A DNA stretch of 64,000 bases from an uncultured bacterium (lineage in GTDB: Bacteria; Acidobacteriota; Thermoanaerobaculia; Multivoradales; JAHZIX01). Location: assembly GCA_965368975.1 (NCBI GenBank), contig CBDUPA010000002.1, positions 384,001-448,000 on the forward strand, in the 5' to 3' direction. How positions within the stretch are numbered: the stretch's first letter is position 1; each line of letters opens with the position of its first letter. A program made the position numbers and the translations under genes. The notes beneath the pieces are model-generated. The model searched no databases. It was given only the letters and a program-made list of their open reading frames with translations, and was not told the origin of the DNA. Positions 17,853 to 27,913 of the stretch are shown piece after piece.

Positions 17853-19679
17853 TCAGCCACCATAGCCCAGCGACTCCAGGCGCTCGCGCTCTTCCTCGGT
17901 CAACGAAGCATCTCCGGCTGCGTCGATCTGCAGCAGCTTGTCACGCAGGCGCAGGCTCTGCGCCTGGTGGGCATCCAAGACCCCGCGCAGCCGGGCGAGG
18001 ATCTCGGGCCGCTCAGCACTGAGGTCATAGGCCTCTTGCGGATCCACCCGCAGGTTGAAGAGACTCGGCGCAGCGGACGAAAGGCGCGGGAAAATCGCCT
18101 TGTACGGACCGTCCCAGACGATCTGAAAGCTTGTCATAGCACTGAACATCGGCCGGTCCCGGCGGCGCGATAGCAGCGGCACACCCTGCAGGTCCGGATC
18201 GAGCCGCTGGCCGACCGCCTGCAGCAACGTAGGAACCAGATCGACTGCCGCCGAGGGTACCTGGCGGCGCTCCCCAGCGAAGCGCCCTCCCGGCCACTTG
18301 ATCAACAGCGGCACCTGGGTCACCGGCTGCCATGGCAGACCGTGGAGGGTCATGCCGCGTTCGAGCAGCATTTCGCCGTGATCGCTGGTCACCACGATCA
18401 GCATCCGATCGTAGAGTCCAAGGTCTTTCAAGTGCCGGAACAGGCGCCCCAACTGACGATCTGTGTGCTCAACGCTTCGCCGGTAGAGCTCGCGCAGGAT
18501 TTGCGGTTCGATTGGCAGCGCCGGAAACTGCCCTTCGCGAATACGCTTCAAGCGCAGCGAAGCACACGGCTCCCCGGGGCTGCACGGATAGGGCCGACGA
18601 AGCGCGAACAACTGGCGGATCTCCTCAGAGGTGGTCCCAGGTGCCTCATACGGCAGGCGGTGGAAGTCGGAGTGCGGCTCGAAAGTGTGGAAGAAGGCAA
18701 AGAACGATCGATTGCGATGCGCTCCAAGCCAGTTGGTGAGCTCACGGACCATGGGCTCCACATGCCACGGCACCGAGCGATAGGATTCGAAGCCACGGTC
18801 GAAGTCGAACTTGGGGTCGAGCCAGACGCAGTCGTGCACCAGTCCCCAGGTGAGCAGCCCGGTATCGCGCATGCGCTCGGCTAGGGTCGGCAAGCCGGCG
18901 GGGAGCGCACTTTCATCGACGCCGTGAACGGCGAAGTCGAAACCCGTGAACAGGGTCGCATGCGACGGTTGGGTCCAGCTGGAACCTGCATAGTGCGGCT
19001 GCCACGCCTGGGCATCACCCAGGAAGGCGTCCAGGTGCGGCGTCCGGCCGTCACCACCCAGCGCTCCGATGCTGTCCGCACGCAATGTATCAACGGAGAT
19101 AAGGAGGATCTGGTGTGCCTCCAGGGGCGCCGGCGGCGGTGCAGTGACACGCTGCTGGACCACCACATCCTTGAGGTGAAGCTGCTGCCCGCTGCGCAGG
19201 GCGAGGCTCAGTCGCACCTTCGCCCGGGTTCCGGCGAGCTGGTTCAGATCGGTGGTCCACTGCCACCACCCGGGACGTCCCAGTACCTGGACCGAGTCCC
19301 GGACCAACCGCCCGTCTCCGGTTTCGACCTCGACTCGCAGCGTTCCTTCCGCTGAAAAATCACCCCAGCGGCGTGTACAGCCGGACAGCTGCAAGCGTGG
19401 CAAGCTGCCCAGGTCGACTTCCGCCTGCAGCACGTCGCCTCCTTCGAGCGACAGGGCGTACGCGGTCTCGTCGTTGCAGGTCAGCTGTCGTGGTGGCTGC
19501 GCCAATTGCGCATCGAAGCGACCCTCGGTCAGCAGATCGGCGTAGACCCAGCGGCTGCCTTCGACTGCAGTGGACGCCGTACCAGCCGGACCCGGTCGAT
19601 CCATGCAGCCTGCCGCCAGCCACAACAACAGGAGCAGGATCGTTCCTCGACCGCCTTCGACAGCGGTGTCTCGCTTCAA
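17853..19679 (-). CDS. Sulfatase-fold (alkaline phosphatase superfamily) lipoprotein with N-terminal beta-sandwich region
   Basis: Lipobox LAAGC; ISVDTLRAD, SSWTQPSHATLFTG, VTSDHGE, VPLLIKWP; TTG start overlapping the upstream TGA (inferred start). Confidence 0.8.
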   Translation of the reverse strand: MKRDTAVEGGRGTILLLLLWLAAGCMDRPGPAGTASTAVEGSRWVYADLLTEGRFDAQLAQPPRQLTCNDETAYALSLEGGDVLQAEVDLGSLPRLQLSGCTRRWGDFSAEGTLRVEVETGDGRLVRDSVQVLGRPGWWQWTTDLNQLAGTRAKVRLSLALRSGQQLHLKDVVVQQRVTAPPPAPLEAHQILLISVDTLRADSIGALGGDGRTPHLDAFLGDAQAWQPHYAGSSWTQPSHATLFTGFDFAVHGVDESALPAGLPTLAERMRDTGLLTWGLVHDCVWLDPKFDFDRGFESYRSVPWHVEPMVRELTNWLGAHRNRSFFAFFHTFEPHSDFHRLPYEAPGTTSEEIRQLFALRRPYPCSPGEPCASLRLKRIREGQFPALPIEPQILRELYRRSVEHTDRQLGRLFRHLKDLGLYDRMLIVVTSDHGEMLLERGMTLHGLPWQPVTQVPLLIKWPGGRFAGERRQVPSAAVDLVPTLLQAVGQRLDPDLQGVPLLSRRRDRPMFSAMTSFQIVWDGPYKAIFPRLSSAAPSLFNLRVDPQEAYDLSAERPEILARLRGVLDAHQAQSLRLRDKLLQIDAAGDASLTEEERERLESLGYGG

Positions 19680-21133
19680 GAAGCTCCTCGGCCGCTGAGC
19701 ACTACCGGGATGGTCTTGAACAGGATCTTGATGTCGAGCAGCGGCGACCAGCTGTCGATGTATTCGAGGTCGAGACGGATCCAGCGCTCGAAGTCGATCT
19801 GGTTGCGACCGCTGATCTGCCACAAGCAAGTGAGACCCGGCTTCATCGACAGCCTGCGGCGCTGCCACGGCTGATACTGCGCAACTTCTTCCGGAATCGG
19901 TGGCCGCGGCCCGACCAGGCTCATGTCCCCGCGGAGCACGTTCCACAACTGCGGCAGCTCGTCGAGACTGAACTTGCGTAGGAACTGCGCCACCTTGCCG
20001 TTGATCCGTGGATCGTTGGACAGCTTGAAGGCCGGTCCGTCCATCTCGTTGAGGTGCAGCAGCTCCTGGCGCCGGGCCTCGGCCCCCTCGATCATGGTGC
20101 GGAACTTGTAGAGCGTGAAGCGTCGGCCGTTGAGCCCACAGCGCGTCTGGGTGAACAGTACCCGGCCACCAGACGTCGCCTTGATCGCCAGCGCCACCAG
20201 TCCTACAACCGGCATGCCGAGCAACAAGAGCAGACCCGAGACGGACACATCGATAGCTCGCTTGACCAGCAGCAGTAGGTGGTTGGTCGGCGTCGAGGAA
20301 AAGGCCAGCATCGGGATGCCGTCGAGGTCTTCCAGCTGCGGCGTTTCGCGGGTGTGCGGAAAGAAGTTGAGCGCGAAGCGGGTGTTGACACCGCGCTCCT
20401 GCAGGCTCAGGAAGACGTTCTCGAGCCGATCGAGATCCTGGCGGCTGACCGAGAAGATGACGTCGTCGACCGGCTGCGTCTCGACGATGCGGATCAGGTC
20501 CGGCACGCTGCCCAGGACTTCGGCGCCAGCCGGCAACTTGGACGGTGGCGCCTTCTCATTGATCACGAAGCCGAGTAGCTTCAAGCCCCAGTAGCGGTGG
20601 CTCTCGATCGAGCGCGCAATCTCCAGCGCCGTCGGGTTGGTGCCGACGATCAGCACAGTCCGATAGTTGAAGCCCTTGGTACGCACGTAGCGAGACGTGA
20701 CACGTAGCGCCAGCTTCTCGAACAGCAAGAAGAGACAGGACAACACGCCGAAGAGCACGATCCAGACACGGCTGGCCTGGTCCTGATCGAGCAACTCTTC
20801 ATCCAGGCGCAGCGCGTAGAGCACTAGCGAGAACAACACCACGCCCCAGACACAGATGCGGATGATCGCCCAGGCTTCTTCCAGAATGGGCATAGTCCGG
20901 TGCGACCGGTAGCGGCCAGAGGTGTAGAGCAGCAGCCCCCAGAGCATCAACGCGACGGGCAGAAAGAGCAAGTAGTCGGCGAGCGGGTAGAGCTCGTTGG
21001 GAAACAGCTCGGGCGCGATCATCGGCAGAACCCAGCTGCGCAGCCAATAGGCCGCGACGAAGGCGGCCGTCACCAGGCCGAGATCCAGCAGAAAGACGAA
21101 GGTGTGGAGGATCCTTGCTCGCTCTTTTAGCAT
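19676..21133 (-). CDS. Undecaprenyl-phosphate glycosyl-1-phosphate transferase (WcaJ/WchA-like initiating sugar transferase)
   Basis: Four N-terminal TMs; KRAID, YKFRTM, DPR, SLDELPQLWNVLRGDMSLVGPRP, KPGLT. Confidence 0.92.
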   Translation of the reverse strand: MLKERARILHTFVFLLDLGLVTAAFVAAYWLRSWVLPMIAPELFPNELYPLADYLLFLPVALMLWGLLLYTSGRYRSHRTMPILEEAWAIIRICVWGVVLFSLVLYALRLDEELLDQDQASRVWIVLFGVLSCLFLLFEKLALRVTSRYVRTKGFNYRTVLIVGTNPTALEIARSIESHRYWGLKLLGFVINEKAPPSKLPAGAEVLGSVPDLIRIVETQPVDDVIFSVSRQDLDRLENVFLSLQERGVNTRFALNFFPHTRETPQLEDLDGIPMLAFSSTPTNHLLLLVKRAIDVSVSGLLLLLGMPVVGLVALAIKATSGGRVLFTQTRCGLNGRRFTLYKFRTMIEGAEARRQELLHLNEMDGPAFKLSNDPRINGKVAQFLRKFSLDELPQLWNVLRGDMSLVGPRPPIPEEVAQYQPWQRRRLSMKPGLTCLWQISGRNQIDFERWIRLDLEYIDSWSPLLDIKILFKTIPVVLSGRGAS

Positions 21134-21312
21134 GCCTCGATCCAGGTCCCCTCTAGTTGTCCAATCGGTGTGGCGTCAAAGCTTCGGACCACCGCACTGG
21201 CAGTTGTCCGGAGTCTTAGACCCCGCTGAATGTCATAGCACCATATCTTACGCAAAGATATCCGCCTCCGTCTACGGATGTCAATGTTGCGCTCAGGACT
21301 GTTCTTTAGAAT

Positions 21313-23589
21313 TCAGGACTCAGGTCGCGCCAGACGGGTCAGCAGCTGGACGTACTGGTCGCAGACCCGAGGCCAAGAATACACCGTTTGCGCACGTTTG
21401 GCAGCTGCGGCCCCGTGGCGCCGCGCCTGCTCCGGCTGCAACCGCAGATCGTCGAGCACGGCGGCCAGCGAAGCCAGATCACTGGCCTGGAAGTAGAGCC
21501 CGCTGTCGGCCGCGACTTCACGATTCTCGGGCGTGTCATTGACCACCGGGCAGCAGCCGTAGCCCATGGCCTCGACCAGTGCCGGATGTGTACCGCCAAC
21601 GTCAGTGGCGTGAATGTAGGCGAAGGCGCCGCTCAGCAGCTCGCGGTAGCCGCTGCCGTAGATCGGCCCGGGCACCAGGATGCGGGGATCTCGATCCTCG
21701 GACCAGGAACGGTTGAAGCTGGCAGCGTATGGAGCGCCACCGACCATCACCAACGGCAGGTCACCGCCGACCTGGCGATAGGCATTCGCGACCTGGTGCG
21801 GGTTGTTCTCCGGCTCGAAGCGACTGACGTATAGGAAGTAGCGGCCGGGTTCGAGGCCCAAGCGCGGTAGCACGTCCGGCGTCTGCGGCGGATCGGGATC
21901 GACACCGTAGGCGATATCGACCGACTCGGCACCATAGCGCCGCAAGTAGTGCTGGCGGATCACCTCGGCGTCGGTCACCAGGGCGTTGGGCAGACGGCAG
22001 GCCAGGCGCTCGGAAAGAGCGTAGACCATGCGGCCGAACCAGCCCCACTTGGCGCGCCGCTTCTCGATGCCGTCGACGTGCAGTGCCGTCGGCACGCCGG
22101 CCAGACGCAGCAGCGGCACGAAGAGAGCGTTGGCCGAGTTGACCAGCAAGGCCGCGTCGTAGCCACTGGCGGCGTTGCGACTCAGCCGGGCCCGTAGCTG
22201 GTGCCAGAGCACGTGCAGTCCACTGAGCAAGGTGTGCACCGGGGTGTCGAAGTACTTGCCGCGTAGCGTCGGCAGCACGACGAGACGCACCCCCTTGAAT
22301 TCACGCAGCTCGGGCGGCGTGACGTGACTCCGGCAGTAGACCGTGACTTGGTAGCCACGCCCCACCAAGCGCGTTGACAGCTCCTCCATCAACGTCTCGT
22401 AGCCGCCGTAGCGATTGGGGATACCGCGGCTGCCCAGGAGTGCGAAGTGCAGAGGCGAACCGGTAGCGGCCCCGGGAGAGTCAGTCGTCTGGGTCATGTC
22501 GAGCGAGGTTGGCGAGGCCGTCGGAAGAGGCAGGGATGTGTACTCGAACCAGCGGTCGATGTCGGCTTCGGGCACGGTACGGCGAGCTTGTAGCCACCGC
22601 CGTCGACGCAGGATACTCTGCCGCTGGCGCCAGAGCCAGCCATAGGCGGGCAGCGACGCGCGCTCGACCAGCAGCACGTAAGCCAGCGCCAGGATGTCGC
22701 GCACCAGAGTCGGCAGCAGGGTGCGCAGGAAGTTGCGCGGCGTCTGGTGGTAGGCGCGCAGCAGGTAGCGATTCTTGAGCGAGTGCAGGTTGACATAGGC
22801 TGGCATCTGACGCCGTCGCTCGGGCAGGTTGCAACGTCGGTGTACGGCCCGAGCTTTGGGTTCGTAGATCACCGCCCAGCCACGCTCGGCGAGCCGGAAA
22901 CACAGCTCGGCATCCTCGCGGAAAGAGTGAAACCAGGAGTCGAAGATTTCCCCCTTTGGCGCGACGTCTTCAAGGGCGGCATCCTCGAGAGCTACATCCT
23001 CGAGAGCAGTACGCAGCCACAGCGTGGCGGCACCAGTGCCGCCGAAGACCTGCTCGGCATGCGCGTAAAACCCACCGTCCGCCTCCCCCGAGCCACGGTC
23101 CAGGTGCCGCCACGTAGGCAGCAGGTACATACCGCAGGCGTCGAGGGTCGGCCGGGCCGCTTCATCGCAGCGTGTTCGCTCGCGCGTGAGACGTCCAGTG
23201 ACGGCACCGACCTGCAACTTGGGATTCGTAGCTCCGGGGGAACTGTAGACCAACGCCGTTTCGACCAGCCGCTCGACATAATCCGGGGCCGGACGTGCGT
23301 CGGCGTTGAGGGTGAGTAGCAGCGGCGCGTCGGTGGCGGCAAAGGCTTGATTCATCCCTGCCGCGAAGCCGAGATTGTCGTCGTTGGCCAGACAACGACC
23401 CACCAGCCACGAGGGCAGCGACCGCACAAGTTCGCGCGCCACTCGAGCGGAACCATCGGCACTGGCATTGTCGACCACGACCAGCTCCAGCGGCCGGAAG
23501 CTCTGCGCACACACCGCCTCGACGCAGGCGGGGAGGTCCTCGGCGTCGTTGTAGGTGACGATGCAGACGGCAACCTTCTGCGACTTCAT
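21313..23589 (-). CDS. GT2 + GT4 (DUF1972/WchF-like) fusion glycosyltransferase
   Basis: N-terminal IVTYN..VVVDNAS..NLGFAAGMN..REDAEL; C-terminal GSRGIPNRYGGYET, SRFEPEN, GGTHPALVEAMG; ATGA overlap with the upstream gene. Confidence 0.85.
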   Translation of the reverse strand: MKSQKVAVCIVTYNDAEDLPACVEAVCAQSFRPLELVVVDNASADGSARVARELVRSLPSWLVGRCLANDDNLGFAAGMNQAFAATDAPLLLTLNADARPAPDYVERLVETALVYSSPGATNPKLQVGAVTGRLTRERTRCDEAARPTLDACGMYLLPTWRHLDRGSGEADGGFYAHAEQVFGGTGAATLWLRTALEDVALEDAALEDVAPKGEIFDSWFHSFREDAELCFRLAERGWAVIYEPKARAVHRRCNLPERRRQMPAYVNLHSLKNRYLLRAYHQTPRNFLRTLLPTLVRDILALAYVLLVERASLPAYGWLWRQRQSILRRRRWLQARRTVPEADIDRWFEYTSLPLPTASPTSLDMTQTTDSPGAATGSPLHFALLGSRGIPNRYGGYETLMEELSTRLVGRGYQVTVYCRSHVTPPELREFKGVRLVVLPTLRGKYFDTPVHTLLSGLHVLWHQLRARLSRNAASGYDAALLVNSANALFVPLLRLAGVPTALHVDGIEKRRAKWGWFGRMVYALSERLACRLPNALVTDAEVIRQHYLRRYGAESVDIAYGVDPDPPQTPDVLPRLGLEPGRYFLYVSRFEPENNPHQVANAYRQVGGDLPLVMVGGAPYAASFNRSWSEDRDPRILVPGPIYGSGYRELLSGAFAYIHATDVGGTHPALVEAMGYGCCPVVNDTPENREVAADSGLYFQASDLASLAAVLDDLRLQPEQARRHGAAAAKRAQTVYSWPRVCDQYVQLLTRLARPES

Positions 23590-24554
23590 GACGGCTCCCG
23601 AGGTCCCTGCATCCGCCCTGGATAGCGCCAGCCGGTCAACGCACCCGCGATCACCTGCAACAAGCCCTGTGCCGCCTGCCTTCGTGAAGCAGCACGGCGC
23701 GGACACCGTAGCGGCAGCAAGCACAGACGCAGCAGCATGCCTGCCGTGGTGGTGAAGGGCACCAGCAGGTGCCAGGGTCGATGGTGCTTGGCGAGGTAGC
23801 GCTGCAGATTCCGGTAGTAGATCCACAGGAAGCGACCGTAGCCGAGACGCGGCACGGTGCCACCCAGCTCATGCCGGAACACGGCGAGTGGATGGTAGCG
23901 CAGCTCCAGACCGGCATCCCACAGCCGCCGAGCCAGGTCGACATCCTCGAACCAGGCCGGCTGGAAACCCTCGTCCATGCCACCGACGGCTCGCAGGGCC
24001 TCCTTGCGTAGCAGCAGCACCGCCGCGGCAGGCTGCTCGACGCGCGCACCGGCTACCGGCTCGACGCGCGCACCGCCGCCCGCCGGCAGCAACAACGTCT
24101 GCAAGAGCAACGTCCAAGGCCGCGGCAAGGGGCGCAGCTGCCAGGCGTGCTGCGGCACGCCGTCCACTCCGAGCAGGCGCGGCGCCAGGCCGGCGGCGTC
24201 CGGATAGCGTTCCAGGCCGGCGAGTAGGGCCTCCAGCGCTGCCGGCTGTTGCGCGCTGGCGGCGACAGGTTCGGCATCTGGATTGAGCAGCAACACCACC
24301 GGCGCCCGGGCCACCTCGACGCCCGCGTTGACCGCGCCAGCAAAACCCAGGTTGCGCCCCGCGTCCAAGAAGTGAACGCCCGCAGCGCTGGGCTGGGCAT
24401 CGAGCAAGTCCCGCAACGGACTCGACGAACCGTTGTCGACCACCACCAGCTCGAAGCGCGGGTCCGCCGGCCAGGCGGCGAGCAGGCGTGCTAGCTGCTC
24501 CTCGTTGTGCCAGTGCACGACGATGCCGGTCAGTCGCGGCACCGTCGGGCTCAT
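23586..24554 (-). CDS. Glycosyltransferase family 2 (WbbL-like)
   Basis: VVVDNGS, NLGFAGAVNAG, LLLNPD, WFEDVDLARR. Confidence 0.88.
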   Translation of the reverse strand: MSPTVPRLTGIVVHWHNEEQLARLLAAWPADPRFELVVVDNGSSSPLRDLLDAQPSAAGVHFLDAGRNLGFAGAVNAGVEVARAPVVLLLNPDAEPVAASAQQPAALEALLAGLERYPDAAGLAPRLLGVDGVPQHAWQLRPLPRPWTLLLQTLLLPAGGGARVEPVAGARVEQPAAAVLLLRKEALRAVGGMDEGFQPAWFEDVDLARRLWDAGLELRYHPLAVFRHELGGTVPRLGYGRFLWIYYRNLQRYLAKHHRPWHLLVPFTTTAGMLLRLCLLPLRCPRRAASRRQAAQGLLQVIAGALTGWRYPGRMQGPREPS

Positions 24555-25570
24555 GCATCCCTCCGGAAACGAGAGTCGAAGAGGTCGTCGAGGCGCTGCC
24601 CGAAGTGGATATAGGACGGTAGATGCCGGAGTGCACGCATCCAGCCGCTCAGAATTCCGGTCACGTCGTCGACAGTACCGCGGAGGTCGGCTCGCACAGG
24701 GGAGCCCACCAGATCACCCACGTCACGCAGCAACAGACGGGGCAGGCAGAGCCCGTACGAGCGCCCTAGCGCGCGTGCCAGTACCAGGTGTCGGTTGCCG
24801 TAGAGCTGACGCAGCCGCCGGCGCGGACGCGTCTTGCCGGTGGTCGAAGCGGCATGCCAGGCCCGCGCCGCGGGCACCGTCCACGCCGTGCCGCACTGAC
24901 GCAGTCGACACGCCAGGTCGACATCCTCGTAGTAGGACTCCAGTTGGCCATCGAACACGCCTTTCGAAGCCCCACCCGTCAGGCGTACCGTCTCCAACGC
25001 CGACCGCCGGTAGAGCGCCGCGGTCGCCGAAACACCGAAGACAGGGTGCGGCGGTGCGGTAGGACTTTCTGGCACCTCACCGTGGTCGATCTGCAGCGCC
25101 TGTAGCCAACGATTCCAGGCAATACCCGCACCGTCTGCCCGGGTTCCTGGGGCCTCCTCCAGCGGCAGAATCAACTTGTCCTTCGGCTCCGACGCCGGCT
25201 CCGACGGGGGTTGCCAGCGCAAGTTGATGCCTTGAACGGCGACCACGTCCGGGCGCACCGCGATCGCTTCGAGCAGCGCCGGCAGCCAATCCGGCATGAC
25301 GAGTACATCGTCGTTGACGGTCGCGATCCAGTCCCCCTGTGCTGCCTCTATACCGGCATTCGTGCCCCCGGCGAAGCCGAGATTGACGTCGAGACGGATC
25401 ACCTGATCCGCTTCGACGACATGCTCCCTCGGCACCGGCTCGGTACCCTGGTCGACGACGATCAGCTCCAGTTGCGCGTCGCCGGCACTGCGGCGTAGTG
25501 AGGCCAGGGTCGATGCCAGCCACGGACTGGCCCCGAGCGTCGGAATCACGGCGCTGACGCTCGGCGTCAC
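24551..25570 (-). CDS. Glycosyltransferase family 2
   Basis: SAVIPT, IVVDQG, NLGFAGGTNAG, VNDD, YYEDVDLACR; GTGA overlap start. Confidence 0.85.
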   Translation of the reverse strand: MTPSVSAVIPTLGASPWLASTLASLRRSAGDAQLELIVVDQGTEPVPREHVVEADQVIRLDVNLGFAGGTNAGIEAAQGDWIATVNDDVLVMPDWLPALLEAIAVRPDVVAVQGINLRWQPPSEPASEPKDKLILPLEEAPGTRADGAGIAWNRWLQALQIDHGEVPESPTAPPHPVFGVSATAALYRRSALETVRLTGGASKGVFDGQLESYYEDVDLACRLRQCGTAWTVPAARAWHAASTTGKTRPRRRLRQLYGNRHLVLARALGRSYGLCLPRLLLRDVGDLVGSPVRADLRGTVDDVTGILSGWMRALRHLPSYIHFGQRLDDLFDSRFRRDA

Positions 25571-27900
25571 GGTAGCCACTGCAGCTCCACGCGGTCGACG
25601 ACCACCGCCTCTTGGGGGATCCCATGGTCACCCGGGCGTCGCCACAGACGCGCGTGAACGACCAGCGGTTGCCCGTCGTCCGGCCACTCGACGGCTTCGC
25701 TTTCGAGCTCGATCCAGCCGGCGGCTGCCTGCTCCGGTGTCGGGTACCAGCGCGTGAGCACCTGGCGGCCGGCGCGGGCTTCCAGAAACACCCGCGGACT
25801 CGATGGCTCCTTGCACACGAAGTGCACCGCGACCCGGAGCCGCAGGCGTTGACCCGCCGGCCGCACCGGGGCTGACAGCCAGTTGCGGATGCGTAGTGCC
25901 CAACCGCCACGGAAGGACGGCCGCAGTAGAGCCCAGCGTTCCGGATACAGACGGCCACCCTCGTGATGCACGTAGGCGTCCTCGGCTTCGACCACGTGCG
26001 TTGGCCAGCGAGCCGCCGCTACCGGTAGCAGCGAAGCGACGAGCAACAGGAGCGTGGCAGCCGAGAGTAGCGAGGAGCCTGTCCCTCGTCTTCGTTTCGG
26101 CTCCTCGCCACGGCGGCCGGGCCAGGCCCACAGAAGCCCTGCCAGGGCAAGCGCCACCAGCGGCCAGAACCAAGAGGCCAGGCGCGGCCGCACAGCACTG
26201 GGGAAGAAGCGGATGGCGTCCTGGCCCCAGGCGAGACTCAGGTGGTCCAGCAGATGATGGCTGCCGGCCGCCAGGTTGTAGGTCCAGCCCGGTACTGCCA
26301 CCCACAGCGCCGTCGCGGTCAAGGTCGTGATTCCGAGCAGCGACACGAGCAAGCTGCGACCCGCAGAGCACTTCCGGCACTCAGAACGGTAGTGAAAACG
26401 GGCGAGCATGGGCACCAAGCACAGGGCCAGCAACGGCAAGGTAACCAGCGCATAGCGGAAAGGCGGCGCCCAACCCCCGTACCATTCGCCGCGCGGCAAC
26501 ACGGTAACCAGGTACGGCAAGAAGAGCAAAGCCGTGTGCACGGCCAGCCGACGGTGATGCCGCAGCACGGCCGGCGTCGCGGGTGCCAGCAGCAGCCAGA
26601 GCGGAGCGCAGAAGAAGAGACCAAAGGCGACATCGAAGAGCAGGCCCGAAGCACCCTTGAGATAGTCCTCCAGGGGATAGCGGTACAGTTCCAATTCTTC
26701 AGCGCTATGGACCTTGAGCGCGTTGCCAAAGACGAGATGATTGAACAGCAGCACACCACCTGCCAACAAGACCAGAATCGCTGTCAGGCCGAACCAACGA
26801 CGACGTTGCACTTGCGGTAGCCGACGGCCGCGCAGCAGCGCTAGCACCACCAGCGGCACCACCAGCAGCAGGAAGCGTAGCTTGAGCAGCGGCAGCGCGA
26901 GCAGCCACAACAAAGCCAGCAGCCAGCGTACCAGCGGGCGACCCGGTGCCGAGCGGCGCGTGAGATCGAGCACGGCGGTCAGCGCCAGCACCACCAGCAG
27001 CGCAGCCGGCACTTCGACCCACACCTGGTACGAGTAGCACAGTAGCGGCGGCGTGAAGGCGAGCAGGGCCCACGCCAGCAACAACGGTCCGCGACGCCGG
27101 CTCACTTCGGGATAGTGCCGTGCCAGGCGCAGTGTGGCCCACGAGAGCAAGGCACTGAGCAGGGCCATGGTGAGTAGGGCTCCATGCTTCGACGCGACTA
27201 GATACCCCGGCACCAGCAGGAGTGGCAGCAGCCAGTTGTGCCGCGAATATTGCTGCCCCTGCGCGCCGAGGGGATCGCCAAGCTGCGGTTCGAGCTGCCT
27301 GTTACTGAAGCTCAGGGCCGCCGATTCCGCGTACTCGTCGGCCAGGTCGACATCCAGATCGCTGATCAGGCTGTGCGTGACCAGCAGGTAGTAGGGCTCA
27401 TCGCCATCCGGCGGCCGCTCCTGCGTCGACCACGGCAAGAACGCCAGGTAGACGGCGAACGGCAACGCCACGAACGCCAGCGACGGCCGCCGGCAGTTGG
27501 CAGCCAGCAACGGCACCAGACGCGGCACCTGCCAGGCCAGGCGCACCGCCAGCAACACCACCAGGCCCGCGATCCAAACCGGCGCTGCATCGGGCAACGA
27601 GAGCATCGGTAGGCAGACGCCCAGCAGCGCCCAGAGCGAGAACAGAAACCAGAAAGGAGCAGTGCCGCCCCAGCCACCCGAGGTCGACAGTAGAATCGCG
27701 TGGCGCCCACCGGCGGCCCGGCGCTCGACCCAGAGCAAGAGGAGTGCGACGCAGGGTAGAACAGCGAGCGTCGAGGCCAACTCGGACGTGCCCTGCAGAA
27801 CCACACCGAGGAAGGCGCTGAGCGCCAGAGCCGCCGCAGCCTCGCTGACGACACGCTTGCCCCCACCCCAGCTGGCCAGCACCACCTGAGCCCGGTTCAC
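25567..27900 (-). CDS. Polytopic membrane protein, putative GT-C fold glycosyltransferase
   Basis: Many TM segments; acidic loop motif DGDEPYYL...SL..DLDVDL after a TM; soluble C-terminal domain. Confidence 0.65.
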   Translation of the reverse strand: MNRAQVVLASWGGGKRVVSEAAAALALSAFLGVVLQGTSELASTLAVLPCVALLLLWVERRAAGGRHAILLSTSGGWGGTAPFWFLFSLWALLGVCLPMLSLPDAAPVWIAGLVVLLAVRLAWQVPRLVPLLAANCRRPSLAFVALPFAVYLAFLPWSTQERPPDGDEPYYLLVTHSLISDLDVDLADEYAESAALSFSNRQLEPQLGDPLGAQGQQYSRHNWLLPLLLVPGYLVASKHGALLTMALLSALLSWATLRLARHYPEVSRRRGPLLLAWALLAFTPPLLCYSYQVWVEVPAALLVVLALTAVLDLTRRSAPGRPLVRWLLALLWLLALPLLKLRFLLLVVPLVVLALLRGRRLPQVQRRRWFGLTAILVLLAGGVLLFNHLVFGNALKVHSAEELELYRYPLEDYLKGASGLLFDVAFGLFFCAPLWLLLAPATPAVLRHHRRLAVHTALLFLPYLVTVLPRGEWYGGWAPPFRYALVTLPLLALCLVPMLARFHYRSECRKCSAGRSLLVSLLGITTLTATALWVAVPGWTYNLAAGSHHLLDHLSLAWGQDAIRFFPSAVRPRLASWFWPLVALALAGLLWAWPGRRGEEPKRRRGTGSSLLSAATLLLLVASLLPVAAARWPTHVVEAEDAYVHHEGGRLYPERWALLRPSFRGGWALRIRNWLSAPVRPAGQRLRLRVAVHFVCKEPSSPRVFLEARAGRQVLTRWYPTPEQAAAGWIELESEAVEWPDDGQPLVVHARLWRRPGDHGIPQEAVVVDRVELQWLP

Positions 27901-27913
27901 GGTCGCGCCCCAT

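Noticed and set aside
17853-23826. Extended N-termini in the ORF track (e.g. 19946, 23826; also 5822, 10975, 43326, 51046)
   Set aside because: They overlap upstream genes; downstream starts with SD sites or 4-nt overlaps match the family N-termini better
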